Origin: Eledone cirrhosa
Lineage: Eukaryota
DNA: 64,000 bases
Direction of reading: 5' to 3'
Assembly: GCA_964016885.1 (NCBI GenBank)
Contig: OZ024748.1
Coordinates: forward strand, 33,046,001 to 33,110,000
The notes under the pieces were generated by a model. The model saw only the letters and a program-made list of their open reading frames with translations, made no database searches and had not been told where the DNA came from. Positions within the stretch are counted from its first letter, which is position 1, and each line of letters starts with the position of its first letter. The translations under genes were made by a program, and so were the position numbers. Shown here one piece after another: positions 51,392 through 64,000 of this stretch.

Positions 51392-54300
51392 TTACAACAC
51401 CTCGTTGTAAACGATGTTTCTTGTTTTTCCTCGACGTGCAAATGCGAAAAGACTTTACCTGCTGCCCACTCTAGAGCAGCCAACGTACAATTGTCCGTGG
51501 GAGAAACACGGTTCTTCCAGAAGAAGTCTGGCCACAGAAAGAGTCTGGCCCTGCGACTTGTTGATGGACATAGCAAAACTGATCCGAAGCGGAAATTGGA
51601 ATGTTCGGGAGGTGAACGGAATTTCTGCTCCCGAGGGAATGAGAGGAATTCTCGGAATGAAGATATCATCACCTTTTCCGCATCAAGAAAGGATAGTTGC
51701 CTCGATTACATGTGCCATACATTTTTTTACAGCCAGCCGTGTCCCGTTGCACAGTGTTGGTGGTTCCAGATTCCGCAGCAGCATTACAGGGGTGCCAACT
51801 TTAAGGAGAAGCATGTGAAGCAGTAGTCCTGGGGGCTCCAAAGAATTGAGGCACTCCGGCGGAAAGTTCACCACTTCATTGGGATCAGGCATCGTGTCAA
51901 CAGATTTGTAAGTGTGAAGAACACCAGGAAGGGAGTGCAGTACATGGTCGTTGGTTTTGTTAACAGCGACATTTTTTGGAGCTAGCACTGCTCTTTCACA
52001 CAACCATGCGTGGTTCTGGTAATTGTCTCTCAAATCTGGAAACACTTTGTCTTTCAGCTCCCCCGCAGAATTAACTGAGGTCGAAAATGGCCACACTTCC
52101 AGCACTCCTGCAGCGTCCAGAGGTATTTTGTCGTCGCCAGGTTTCAAAATGTCCTGTGCAAATTCCGCGGACGTTTGGTCGCTGTGTAATCGAGCTCTCG
52201 TGTTGGTTGTAAGAATCAGTGTCCTAACATGGAGCCACAGAGGAGAGCACTTTAGGCATGCTTGGACCTCATCTGCTCTTGTGCCTTTGGGAATGACGGG
52301 ACATTCTGCCCGAAAGCAAAAGCGTAACACCTCCCATGGGAGCCTGGCAGCCTCTGATGTCCTTTAGAGCAGTGGTCGCCAACCTTTCTAAAACCGAGGA
52401 ACCCTCTAAATATTTGAATTCTTCACGGAACCTATACAATACAAAACTTTTAAAAAAAAATAATAAAGTATTTATTTATTTTAGTGTTTCATGCGTGTGT
52501 ATGTAATCGAACACAGTGGCTTTTCTGTTGCTGCGCCTCATCAGTGAGTTTAGAAAATCGAGGTTCAACACTAGTTAATGCCAGTCTCATACACTCGTCA
52601 ATTGCTGACAGTTTATTCCTCTTCTTTGTGCAGATTTCCACCAACTGCGAAAACCCTTTTTCGCACAAATAGCTAGATGGGAATAAAGTCAAATACTTCA
52701 ATGCAAGTTGGCTGATTTCATTAAACTCCCCAATCAAGAATAAGTCGATCCATAGTTCTTTCTTTCTGCTTTCGAATATCACTTTCAGATCTTCGTTTGA
52801 ATTCAAATCCATCAACTGATGTAAGCATTGGGCAGGTAGTAAATCTTTACAATTTTCAGCGTCATTTTCTGACACTAACTGCTCGATCTCGGTGAACGGG
52901 TTTTTTATCCATAAATTTCCGCTAACAATATCTTTTTCTATCAAGTCAAAATAATCTGAAAAACCTGTGGAAAGCACATTTAAACGAGAAAGAATAATCT
53001 TCTTTAGATTGCTGGAGTCAAAATTTTCTCTCTTTTTAAGCTCTATTTCAAGGTTTGAAAGCAATTGTCCGATTCAATTCTTTTTAGAAAGATGTTTAAT
53101 TTTGATTGAAAATATGTAATACAATTGATTGAAGTAATAATATCTGCATTGTTACCCTGAAGACACTTATTTAGTTTGTTCAGTTCATCAAAAATGTCTA
53201 CTAAATAAGCGAGTTGCACATTCCATTCATTGGTTTCTAATACACTTGCTCTTTCATCATTCTGTTTTTTTAGAAAAACTATTATTTCTTCTCTCAGTTC
53301 AAAAACTCTCTTCATAGCATCCCCAAAAGACAGCCAACGCACATCATTGTTCAATAAAAATCTATTATAATTACTTATAGAAGATTCACAAATAGATTCA
53401 AACATTCTAGAATTTTTTGCTCTTGCATGGATCAAATTGATAATTTTGACAATGTCTTTCAGCTGGTCATTTAATATTTGAGCATCTCTGTCTTTGAATT
53501 TTTTTTAACACAAAACCTCTCGATAAATAATACAATGATTTGAAATACAATTTGGGGTCTGTTCTTTAATTTTTGCAATCAAACCAGAATTTTTACCAGT
53601 CATTGCAGCTGCTCCATCTGTTGTTATTGAAGTCAACTTGCTCCAAGATACACCATTTAAAAAAAAATACTCTTCAATTTTATTGAATATACCTTGACCT
53701 TTAGTTGTGATGTCTAATGCCAGACAAAACAAATACTCTTCTACTAATTCTTTTTTATCAAGGTCTACAAACCGTACATAGCTAATTAATTGAGCCTTGT
53801 TATTAATATCCGTAGTTTCGTCCACTTGCAGTCCAAAACATGGGCTTTTCTTTAGTGCAGTTAGTATCTGATTTTCTATATCAGAAGAAATATCAATTAT
53901 CCCTCTTTTTACGGTATTTGCTGACAATGGTAACTGGCTTAATTTTTCTTTGTCTACTGCAGCTTTCAAAAAGATTCCCTGGAGCAATTTTTATACTTGG
54001 CAGAATTAACTGTTCTCCTAATGTAAATGGTTTCTTGTTTTTACCAATCAAATGTGAAATCTCAAAAGATGTTCTTGTTAAAGCTTTATTTCTATCTGAC
54101 TTTTTACAAAACAAGTCATACATATTAGCTTGTGATTTTTTTATGTTGTTTTTCAGCGAAGTAAAGTATTCCAGTGACTTGTTTTTATCATTGGTGTGAT
54201 TAGTATCAATGTGTCTTTTAAGTTTTGCAGGATTTAAACAGCTATTTGATAGAACTTTTGAACATGGCAAACACATGGGCTGATCTGGTGTATCTTTTTT

Positions 54301-57300
54301 AGTGTCAGCAGCTTTTTGAAATCCATATCTAACATAATCATCACACCACTGTCTAACCTTACTGCTGGTATCTAACTTCAGCTTCTTTGCAGTAGACATC
54401 ATATCAATGTTATTTATCTACAGTTAACATTTTTAATATGACATTAATAAACAAGAGAAATTAACAGTTTTTTTAATTACAAAAAGTACTTAGATTATCT
54501 TTAATTTTAGATATTTGGAAAAACTTAACTAGTTAAAAAAAAATTTTAATTTCTCCATTTTAGGATGGCAAACATATTATTTAAAGTCTTATGATAATAT
54601 TAAAATATTAGGGGTTACTGAAAAAGGTGCAAATTTATGAACAACAAAGAAATTTTTTTCAGAGTCGAGCACTTCCTGCATATACTACTTTAGGGTCGTA
54701 TTAAATATTATTGGTAATGTAAATATATTTAAATATCCGCCATACTAAAAGGTGCAAAAAATGCAAATCAGCTGATAGTGTAGATGTGACGATGGTATTG
54801 GAAATTAATTTAGATATCTTCTATCTATTTTGACTCAAAGTTAGATATAATATAAGAAGGCTTTAGGCTGCGTTAAACATATATTAGATTGGAACAAATA
54901 AAGTTTAGTCAAATGTTTGTGGACATATATATTTATTGTATAAAGTAATTTCTCAATTGTGAATGCAGATGTCATCAAATGAATACATAATTGTGTGGCA
55001 AAGTTTATAGTGTATGCATGGAATACAAAATTACCTTTGTTAGTAGTCGAAATTTTACAGGCGTTATATTTTCTGTGCAAAGTACAACAGAATGTAACGT
55101 GTTCTTATTTAGAATTGTCTGTGGAACTGGATGCATGTTGAAAACGACTAGTAAGCGAGTTCACTCAGTGAGGAAACTTTAGACGACTTTAAAGCTTTTG
55201 TGAGGGCAGCAGATTAAAACGTGTTCTCTATTGAAAACATTCTACTGAACTTACGTTATGAGAACAGCGAACTGACCCTGTCTCTTGGCTGAGAGACCTC
55301 GCTGAACTGAAGTTTTCAGTTTAAAGTTATGCTGTCATCGACCAACATTTACTTGTTCGTGATTGGTCAATTTCTAAGTTCAATTAGTGTATTATCAGTA
55401 GTAGTCAAATTCTCGGAATTCAGAAAACTATGTCTTTCCAAGAATTGATGTGAAATTGAAAGTATTCAATTTCCACGAATCTCAGAACAGTGTTTTTCTG
55501 CTAATTCAAGTGAGAAACTGAAAGTAGTGTTTTCCACGAATTGGAGTGGAGAACCTGTGTACACTACAATAGTAGTTGTTCATTTATACATTGCACTTTT
55601 GGCATTTTCTTTGCACCTTTTTCAGAAAACCCAAAATATTAATGGTAATGTAAATATTTATTTTTTTAAGGAACCCAGAGTTTGTTTTACGGAACCCCAA
55701 GGTTCTGCGGAACCCATGTTGGCGACCACTGCTTTAGAACTCTGTTTAATGCGTCCAGAGCTCCCTTATGGGCCATGGTACACTCATCCCACACAATGAG
55801 CTGACATCGTTTTAGGACTTGGCCTTGGTCGGAGGTCTTACTGATGCTGCAAGTAGGGGTTTCTGACGTTAAGTTGAGAGGCAATTTAAAACTGGAGTGT
55901 GCGGTCCTGCCACCGGGCAACAAAGTGGCAGCAATTCTAGAAGAGGCAACAGCAACTGCAATGTCCTTGTGCATCCTGACTTTTGCAAGGAGGAGTCTCA
56001 TTAAAAATGTTTTGCCCGTCCCTGCAGGAGCATCCAGAAAGAACATACCTCCTTTTCTATGGCGCACATGGTCGGCAACAATGGTGTAAGCACGACGTTG
56101 GTCCGGAAGAAGTTGAGGTTCAGTTTCAAGAACGTAGTTGGTAAGAGCATCGACGTCGTAGGACATTTCTCGGAGAAGAGCTGTAGGAAGTACGTTTGAC
56201 CCTGTACAGATTGTTTGGGGCAAACCATATGAGGGCAAATCATTTCCGTTGAGTGATGCAACTCTATCCTCTATGTCTATCAACGCTAGATTGAAGACTT
56301 CGTTGCTGGTACGTTCCATCTCAGGGTATTGCACTTGAGCCTGACATTTGTAGTCCTCGGATAAGTCATCTCTATACCTGAGCCACAAAGAGATAGGATT
56401 ACTCAGTTCGCAAGTATGCAGCAGTACTGCAAATAGAGCTCGTAGGCACATGCGCGATTGAGATGCAACAGCTTCGAATAAAGTGGCATACTACTGTGCA
56501 CTGTCTTCTAGCAGGCCGCGCTTGAAGCAAGCTTCCCTGTAAGTGCTGCACATGGAACCGTCGGCAGTTCTAAGGTCATGAAAGGACTGGGGTCCTCTTA
56601 CCTCATGTAGCAGTAGACGGAGATAGAAGCACTCATGCTGGTTCGGGTGCACTCTGTAAACTCTCCCTGGGCAACTGTCAAACTTTATGCCAGGATGTCC
56701 ATCAACAGGCTGACCTGCCTTTCTGCGAACCCATTGTTGTTTATTCCATGTGTAATAGGACGACACCTGAGGATACAGCAGGGTTTGAGCAAATGAATCG
56801 ACCTGACAAAATTTGAAGAATGCAGTGAGGGTGGTTTCCCTTGATTCCTCCACCATTTGAGCAGCATTAACGTCAGTGAAGTACACCCTTTGACCGTTCT
56901 CAAGGTGGACTGTGAGATATTCAATTGCAGGGTGCCTTTGGTGTATAGGGAAGCCGAAAATACGCCAGAAAGCCTCGTTGCTGCTGATGTAACGGCCAAC
57001 TTTGTATTGCGTGACCTCATCACGGCTGTTGTCCTGCTGAAGACCGAACATAGCAGCGTCTGAACCCTTATTCACATATTTACATATGTACTTGATTGAC
57101 TTGACGGAATTACAGAACTCGACATTGATGTGAGCACTGACGTTCTTGGAAAGAAATGGGGAGTATGGCACTATCCATCTGTTGTCGACCTCGTTCTGTC
57201 CAACTGTTGCTGTAAAACCATCGTCTCCGGGTTGGAGTCGCCTGTACAGTGGGTATCCGTCAACGCCAGTCTGGGTTTCTTGGAGGAACTTTCGGGGAAA

Positions 57301-59883
57301 TCCTTTGCTGCTGACATTGTCGTTCAAGCAGGGTGAGCTTAAATTGAAACCCGCCCACATGGACCATGGACCATGTTTGTCTTCACTATGACATAGAGGT
57401 CTTTGTCTATAGACGGATCGGGAAACTCTGCGGAGATGATGCTGTCAATGTCATTTGAAGATATTTTTGTTGACAGCCAAAATGAGGGCGTGCGGTAGGC
57501 CCCTCTTCTGCCACTCTACGGTGTACATGTCGCACTTTACTGGGCCAAAAACTTGCCCTCACTTGATGAGCTCCATAAGATTGACTCGGGCCAGGAGGTC
57601 ATGCTCGTCTTTGGCCTGTTGCCCTTGGAACAGTTCTGCCCCGATCCCCTTCCACTTTGGATTGCAAGTGAATGTGATGTAGGGCATAGCATCCTGCGTT
57701 CTTTCGTGCATGTAGCGCGGACTTCTGGTGAAGGTGAAGGGGAGAATGCAGACTTTTCCTACGCTGCTGGGAGCTGCGTAATTGTTGATGGCATCTCGGA
57801 GATGGATGTAGCTCTCAGACTGCAGTTGTTTTGGTGTCACTGTGTGAAACTCAGTCTCTCCGATTCCATTTTTGCGCACATATCAACGGCGAATTGCTGA
57901 AGTAGGTCTCTTGACTGGTGCAGGTGATTGAAGGAATCGTGGCGAACCATGAAGCGGTAGGAGTAGAAATCCATGCATGAAACTGGTTTTTTGACGGAGT
58001 GTTGAGGGTTTACTGGATTATGCAGGGGAATTCCGTACTGATAGCTGTCCTCACCATTTACAAAGAGAAGTGGATACTGGAGCACATCATAACACCTATG
58101 TGTTTCGCTGATTCGCTGAAGAGTGCTATCTCGACGCTTGAGGACAATGTTTCGTGTATTATGCTGACCCCCATGCATAAGTACAGCGATTTCATTGCAT
58201 GCAGGATAATTGTACCGACCCGGATGCTCCCCAGATGGCATTTTCGAGGCATCAATTACCACAATAAAATTGGCTGTGGTATCTGCTTCCAAGGCATACT
58301 TGAAGCTAATGACAGCTGTTCTTTGTGTGCAGAATGTCTTGCAGTTTCCTTATAAGCTCGACGTTGGTACCAGGTGAAATGGAGTTCCTCGTGGCTGCCT
58401 GCTCGTTGACATTCCCAACAAAGTACAGCTGAAGAAATTGAGGTTCTTGATTGGCGGCTGGTTGGAGGGATCCGATTCTATGGTACACCTGACCTTGCAC
58501 CTTAAATGTGGGCATAAATCTGCCTTCCTTGACAATGTTCACCCCGAAAGATGTCATTTGGAAAGCACAGTTATACCGCCGGATGTAAGTCAGGAAATGC
58601 CGTGACTCCGCATACTGCCTGAATATAGGAGTTTCAACGGTTGTGGTGGATCCTCCAGGGGACGTAATTTTACTTTTTTCCATTTGCGCAACACAAACCA
58701 GGTGTTTCTCCGGGCCACTTTTTTGCATTGCAGAAAGAGCACGTCTTTGACATACTCCTAATTTGCATGTCTGTAATCAAAGTCAGGGTTGTACTCGAAT
58801 GCTTTTAAGGACCATCGTGAGCAACATGGCCTTGAAATACCTTGCCCAAAGGCCCTTCGTTGAGCATTACATTGTTATCGAATGTCTCGTTCTTGCGAGG
58901 TCTGTGTAGCTCGCGCAGCAGCAGTATTCGCAGCATCCGTACTCCGACGTCTTTTACGCTGGTCTTCCATCTCGGCAGCTCATGCAACAGAAGTTGATGC
59001 GGCCTTAGCGGTTCAGCGAATGGTTCGTTGGTTGTCTGTTTCAAGTGCTCTTCTGGAGGTAGCACGTTTAGCATCCTGCGACCATCGAATAGCAGATTCC
59101 ACTGACGATCCGTTTGCCCGCCCTGTTCTTGTTGTTGCTTTTTCGGCCAATGGAGTATCTCTTCCTTCGAGGCATGACCTAAGAGCAGGACGAAGTACAC
59201 TCACAGGTAGAGTAAGGATTAAACTCGTCGGTGAATTAAAATCCGACGCATGTGATTTCCAACGGTTGACTATGTAATTACTAAGCCATGAGTGCCGTCT
59301 TAACCGGGGTATGGATAGGGAGAGGGATAACAGTAAGAGAGGCAGTTGGAATGGGTGTAAGTTAGTGAATATGTTGTCACTGAAAAAATGGCGTAAGTGA
59401 AACGCCACACGCACGTACACACACACGAGCACGCGCACACACAATCACACATGTTAATTAGTTATAGCTTTCCTTCCCCTCTGCCACTGTCATGTATCAA
59501 ACACAGCGTCTCTCTCTGCCACTATCCCTCTCTTTTAGTCTGTGTGATTCTTTCACTGTCACTCTTTCTCTTTATAACTCACTCACATTTCTCCCCTCTA
59601 TTGAAAAACGCTGTGACGAATGGGGAGATGGAGGAGGAGGGGTAAAGAGCCACTTCATCACTTCGCCTCTCCGTTTCTTTCTCTCCCCTTTCACTCCCTC
59701 ATTATGTACATACATTGGCCACTTCACTAATTCGATCCCTAGGACTAAATAATTTGAAAATGTTTTTGCTCAAAACACTCACAGGGCCATACGTATTACA
59801 TGTGTAAAATTTGAAAAAAAACGGTTGGGTAGTTCTCGAGTTTTAGGGAAACAAATACACAGACATTCTTTGTTTTATATAGA
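51392..59883 (-). mobile_element. Helitron (RepHel pseudogene), interrupted by hAT
   Basis: 5' a|TCtatataaaac at 59883; ATG 59175 MPRRKRYSIGRK; Rep motifs VEWQKRGLPH and KYICKYVNKG; PIF1 motifs APAGTGKT, IVWDE, LCNGTRL, SINKSQGQT, HGQLYV; stop 51392-51394; 3' CTAG end not found. Confidence 0.92.
52370..55731 (-). mobile_element. hAT (Buster/ZBED8-like) transposon, frameshifted transposase
   Basis: TIR cagtggtcgccaac both ends; TSD ctttagag/ctttagaa; ORF pieces 53893-54402 (BED-like CLPC..LKRH), 53505-53987 (DETTD, TTDGAAAM, HCIIY), 53043-53435 (VRWLS), 52489-53064 (SYLCEKGFS). Confidence 0.93.
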
Positions 59884-59925
59884 TAATATATATTGTACAC
59901 AGTGTATATATAATAATATATGTCG

Positions 59926-60199
59926 AGGCACGTGGCCTAGTGGTAAGAGTGTTGGACTTACGATGATAATGTTGTAGACTCGATTGCTGGGTTCGTGTTG
60001 TGTTCTTGAGCAAAACACTTCATTTCACGTTGCTCCAGTATACTAAGCTGAAAATGAGTACCAGCAATAGCTGGAGGTTTAACTCTGCGATGGACTGGTG
60101 TGCTGTCCAGGGGGGAGTCTTGTACTCTCAGTCGCTTCACGCCATGAAACCGGGATAAGCACCGGCCAAATGAGCCTTCGGGCTTAAGACGGACTTTAG
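59926..60199 (+). mobile_element. CORE-type tRNA SINE
   Basis: ggcacgtggcctagtggtaagagtg..gtgttcttgagcaaaacactt. Confidence 0.75.
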
Positions 60200-60519
60200 A
60201 TATATATATGTTGTGATGTCACTGGTGCCAAGCTGTATCAGCCATTACCTTTCCCTTGGACAACATATATAGTGTATAATATATATATAATATATATATA
60301 ATGTATATATTGTACACACTGTATATCATCATCATCATCATCATCATTTCATTTTACGTCCGCTTTTCCCTGCTTGCAAGGGTGGGACGGGAACTGATTC
60401 TGGCTTGATTTCTACAGCTGGATGCCATTCCTAACACCAATCTCATTTACAGTGAGTGCTGGGTGCTTTTTTGCCGTGGCACCTACACGTCCACTTTGCA
60501 GTGGAATGATAGGGACCTC

Positions 60520-60650
60520 AGTTGCTATCATCTCATTTCTACAGCTGAGTAAAGTGGAGCAATGTGAAACAACAGATTACCCGGTTTGAGAATTGAACTC
60601 ACAACCTTTCGATTGTAAGGCCAAAGCTCTAACCACTAAGCCATGTGCCT
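60520..60650 (-). mobile_element. CORE-type SINE fragment (after RTE tail 60325-60510)
   Basis: Minus strand ggcacatggcttagtggttagagc..gagttcaattc. Confidence 0.65.
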
Positions 60651-60884
60651 AGTGTATATATATGTTGTGATGTCACTGGTGCCAAGCTGTATCAGCCATT
60701 GCCTTTCCCTTGTACAACATATATAGTGTATATATATATAGTTTATATATATATTGTGATGTCACTGGTACCAAGCTGTATCAGCCATTACCTTTCCCAT
60801 GTATAACATATATAGTGTAAAATATATACCGTAGATATAATATATATAATATATATATATAGTGTATATATACTGTATATAGTG

Positions 60885-61090
60885 AGGCTGAGTGGTTAGA
60901 AAATTGGATTCACAATCTTGAGGTTGTGAGTTCGATTCCCAGGCCAGGTAATACGTTATGTCCTTGAGCAAGACACTTTATTTCACGTTGCTCCTTCTAC
61001 CTAGAGTTGCGACCGATAGATAGTATTAGCAACTGGAAAGACCGACGGAAACATTGTTTCCTCGGTCCGATTTGATGAAAGTCAATCGAT
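60885..61090 (+). mobile_element. CORE-type tRNA SINE
   Basis: Matches 41251-41465. Confidence 0.75.
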
Positions 61091-61123
61091 CCTTCTTATT
61101 ATTATTTAAATATACTGTACACA

Positions 61124-61470
<347 letters not shown>

Positions 61471-61607
61471 AGAAAGTGAGGGTTTTTTTTACAAATTGAA
61501 AAATAACCGAGGTGTCCTATACGAGTGAAAGTATAAAGAAAAAGAGATGAAATCGAAAATGCAACTGGAGTCTTATTTTTAAAAAATATATATATATTTA
61601 TTTGGTT

Positions 61608-61645
61608 CCTTTACCGGTTTCGCAGTTCTTCTGCTTTTCAAAAGG
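61608..61645 (-). ncRNA. Minimal type I hammerhead, U3-A8 variant (mirror copy)
   Basis: Exact reverse complement of 61716-61753. Confidence 0.7.
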
Positions 61646-61715
61646 TGAGTTGAGATGGAGGGTCTGTGGTTTTTCTCAGATGTGAGAAAAACCACAGACC
61701 CTCCATCTCAACTCA

Positions 61716-61753
61716 CCTTTTGAAAAGCAGAAGAACTGCGAAACCGGTAAAGG
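61716..61753 (+). ncRNA. Minimal type I hammerhead, U3-A8 variant
   Basis: cctt-TTGAAAA-gcag aagaa ctgc-GAAA-ccgg-TA-aagg, followed by aataaa. Confidence 0.7.
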
Positions 61754-62892
61754 AACCAAATAAATATATATATTTTTTTTAAAAATAAGACTCGAGTTGC
61801 ATTTTCGATTTCATCTCTTTTTCTTTATATATATATATATAGTATATATGTTGTGATGTTACTAGTGCCAAGCTGTATCAGCCATTGCCTCTTTCTCTTG
61901 GACATCATATATAGTGTATATATATATTCTACATAGAGTATATATAATACATATATAGTGTATTATATATACTCTACATAGAGTATATAATACATATATA
62001 ATGTATATATATATATTCTACATAGAGTATATATAATACATATATAGTGTATATATATGTTCTACATAGAGTATATATAATACATATATAGTGTATATTA
62101 TATATAGAGTTATAAACTAAAATAGTCTTTTACAATTAATTAGCTCAAAGAAAGTAATATTTCTGAGCCGTGTAATACAAATGAATATATGATAGGGATA
62201 AACACTGATACAAGTATACATGTGTTTGTATTGCAAATGACCAAGTTAGCTAGATTGAAAAATACTAATTAAAATAATACAGTTTACCTGTCTCGATTTA
62301 AAATAATAAATCAATAAAAACAAAACTATATTGGCAAAAGCCGTGATACCTGGACAAATTTAAATTTCAAACTTCAAATTTGTTTCACAACGATTAAGTG
62401 AAAGTTCCTATTTCTGTGCTCTTCTGCAGGTATCCAGAAATTGGTAAGTTTCACTTCAAAATACTCATGAAGACTGAGAGATATGTGTTTTTTAACGCAC
62501 ATGTGTCACAGCGTCTAACGCGTCCTATATTCGTGCCGCTAAAAATAGCAGCCGGTTTTATAGAACTGAAATTAGCTCAACGGATGGAGCCGTAAATATT
62601 ATATAGAGAGTTATAAACTCAAATAGTCTTTTACAATTAATTAGCTGAAAGAAAGGAATATTTCAATCTAGCTAACTTGGTCATTTGCAATACGAACACA
62701 TGTATACTCGTATCAGTGTTTATCCCTATCATATATTCATTTGTATTACACGGCTCAGAAATATTCCTTTCTTTGAGCTAATTGGTCATTTGAAATACGA
62801 ACACATGTAAACTCGTATCTGTGTTTATCCCTATCATATATTCATTTGTATATACAGTATATATACATATTGTACACAGTTGGTGCTACTGG

Positions 62893-63357
62893 TCACCAGT
62901 TGGTGCTACTGGTAACATGTATCCCAGTACAACCTGTCTCATGGTTGAGTCGTTGGCGACTAAACTGGCAACCCCACCAAGGTTTCTTGGTGAGGAGGGT
63001 GACTTTGGACATTCTGCAGGACTAAAAACAGAACTTGTCAAAGGGCAAAGGACCTCTTAAGAGTCAATGGCCATCCAAAATCACCGGGAGAGATGACCCC
63101 TTAGCCTTTGTCAAGGCAGAATTCTAAGAGAAGGAAAACTCTGATATAACACCTGCAACCCTGATGGTATCCAATGATGTTGACTTGTTCTTCTTTTTGG
63201 TAAATATCATCTTGGTCAAGAGAGTGGGACTGGCTTTGTGCAGTGCCTTTGCTCACTATAAAAGCTTCACGGCACAGGCATTGCTTTATATCTGGAGATT
63301 TCTCTGCACTTGTCGTCACATGGTACCATGGGCCCAGCACTATGTGACAATAATTGT
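62893..63357 (+). repeat. Inverted duplicate of 12020-12490
   Basis: ORF 63101-63340(-) nearly identical to 12042-12278(+). Confidence 0.9.
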
Positions 63358-64000
63358 AACTGTAAAACTAGAAACGTAGTCTATAGCATAAGATGTACAG
63401 AGGGTACTTGCAGAAACATGACAACAACATACATAGACGAGACAGCTCGTAGCATAGGTGAAAGGATAGACCAACACTGGGGGGAACTAAAAGGACGAAA
63501 AAAATGGGTCAGTACTATACGAACATGCCAGACAACAACACGACGGTAACATAGACAACATAGAAATTAGAATAATATCTAAACATAGAAATGACCCAGC
63601 AAATAAGAGAGGCCAGTGAAATAGAACTTAGAAGGCCAAGGCTAAACAGAAAGAATGAATGGAATAACAACAACACCCAAACAAACAACACTGACCTAAG
63701 AGAAGTATAAATAAATAGATAAATATATAAATAAATACATACACAAGCACAATAACAACAAACACATATAAACACACACTAGTAAAGATAGAATAGATTA
63801 ACCAATACACAGTCACCCAATCACGAACACACATCAAACAAAACACTATACACACACGCAAACGCATGCGCAAAGAAGACAAAATAAAATAAACAAATAA
63901 ATAAATATATAAACAGACTAAATAAAGATGGCGTAGAAAATACAATGTAACGGGAGGAAACAATAGCACCACTGACGATGTTGCAGATGTGCAACGAAAG
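63358..64000 (+). mobile_element. PLE 3' fragment (family of 9180 element) with HHR core at 63967-64000
   Basis: Near-identical to 10342-11014; cacca-CTGACGA-t-gttgca gatg tgcaac-GAAA at window edge. Confidence 0.88.

Larger units (their letters stand above)
61532..61829. repeat. ~147-bp-arm palindrome (4-nt loop) with mirror hammerheads
   Basis: Centre at 61680/61681; very few mismatches between arms. Confidence 0.92.

Overview
Eukaryotic, repeat-saturated genomic DNA, most likely from an octopus/coleoid cephalopod. This is inferred from the '[11 protein letters not shown]...HTGDKP' C2H2 arrays, RTE LINEs with (GAT)n tails, CORE- and Meta-type SINEs, and long (TA)n tracts. The only host genes visible are two divergently oriented paralogous C2H2 zinc-finger genes: a truncated one at 3452->3018 (-) and an 18-finger one at 42601-44274 (+). 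The rest is nested transposons. These include one intact RTE LINE ORF (1076 aa, with a PHD-like finger after the RT core), many RTE fragments, a decayed Tx1/L1-type LINE, remnants of several Penelope-like element (PLE) families, a Helitron interrupted by a Buster-type hAT, an internally deleted Tigger/pogo, two 8-bp-TSD MITEs and SINEs. The most notable signal outside the ORF track is a set of minimal type I hammerhead-ribozyme (HHR) motifs. A 321-bp tandem repeat (8451-9175) carries one U3-A8-variant HHR with a GUC site per complete unit, like a retrozyme or circRNA generator. A ~300-bp palindrome (61532-61829) has mirror-image HHRs, and further family-specific HHRs lie at PLE 3' ends. All calls were made by eye; no searches or folding were run, and many fragment boundaries are approximate.
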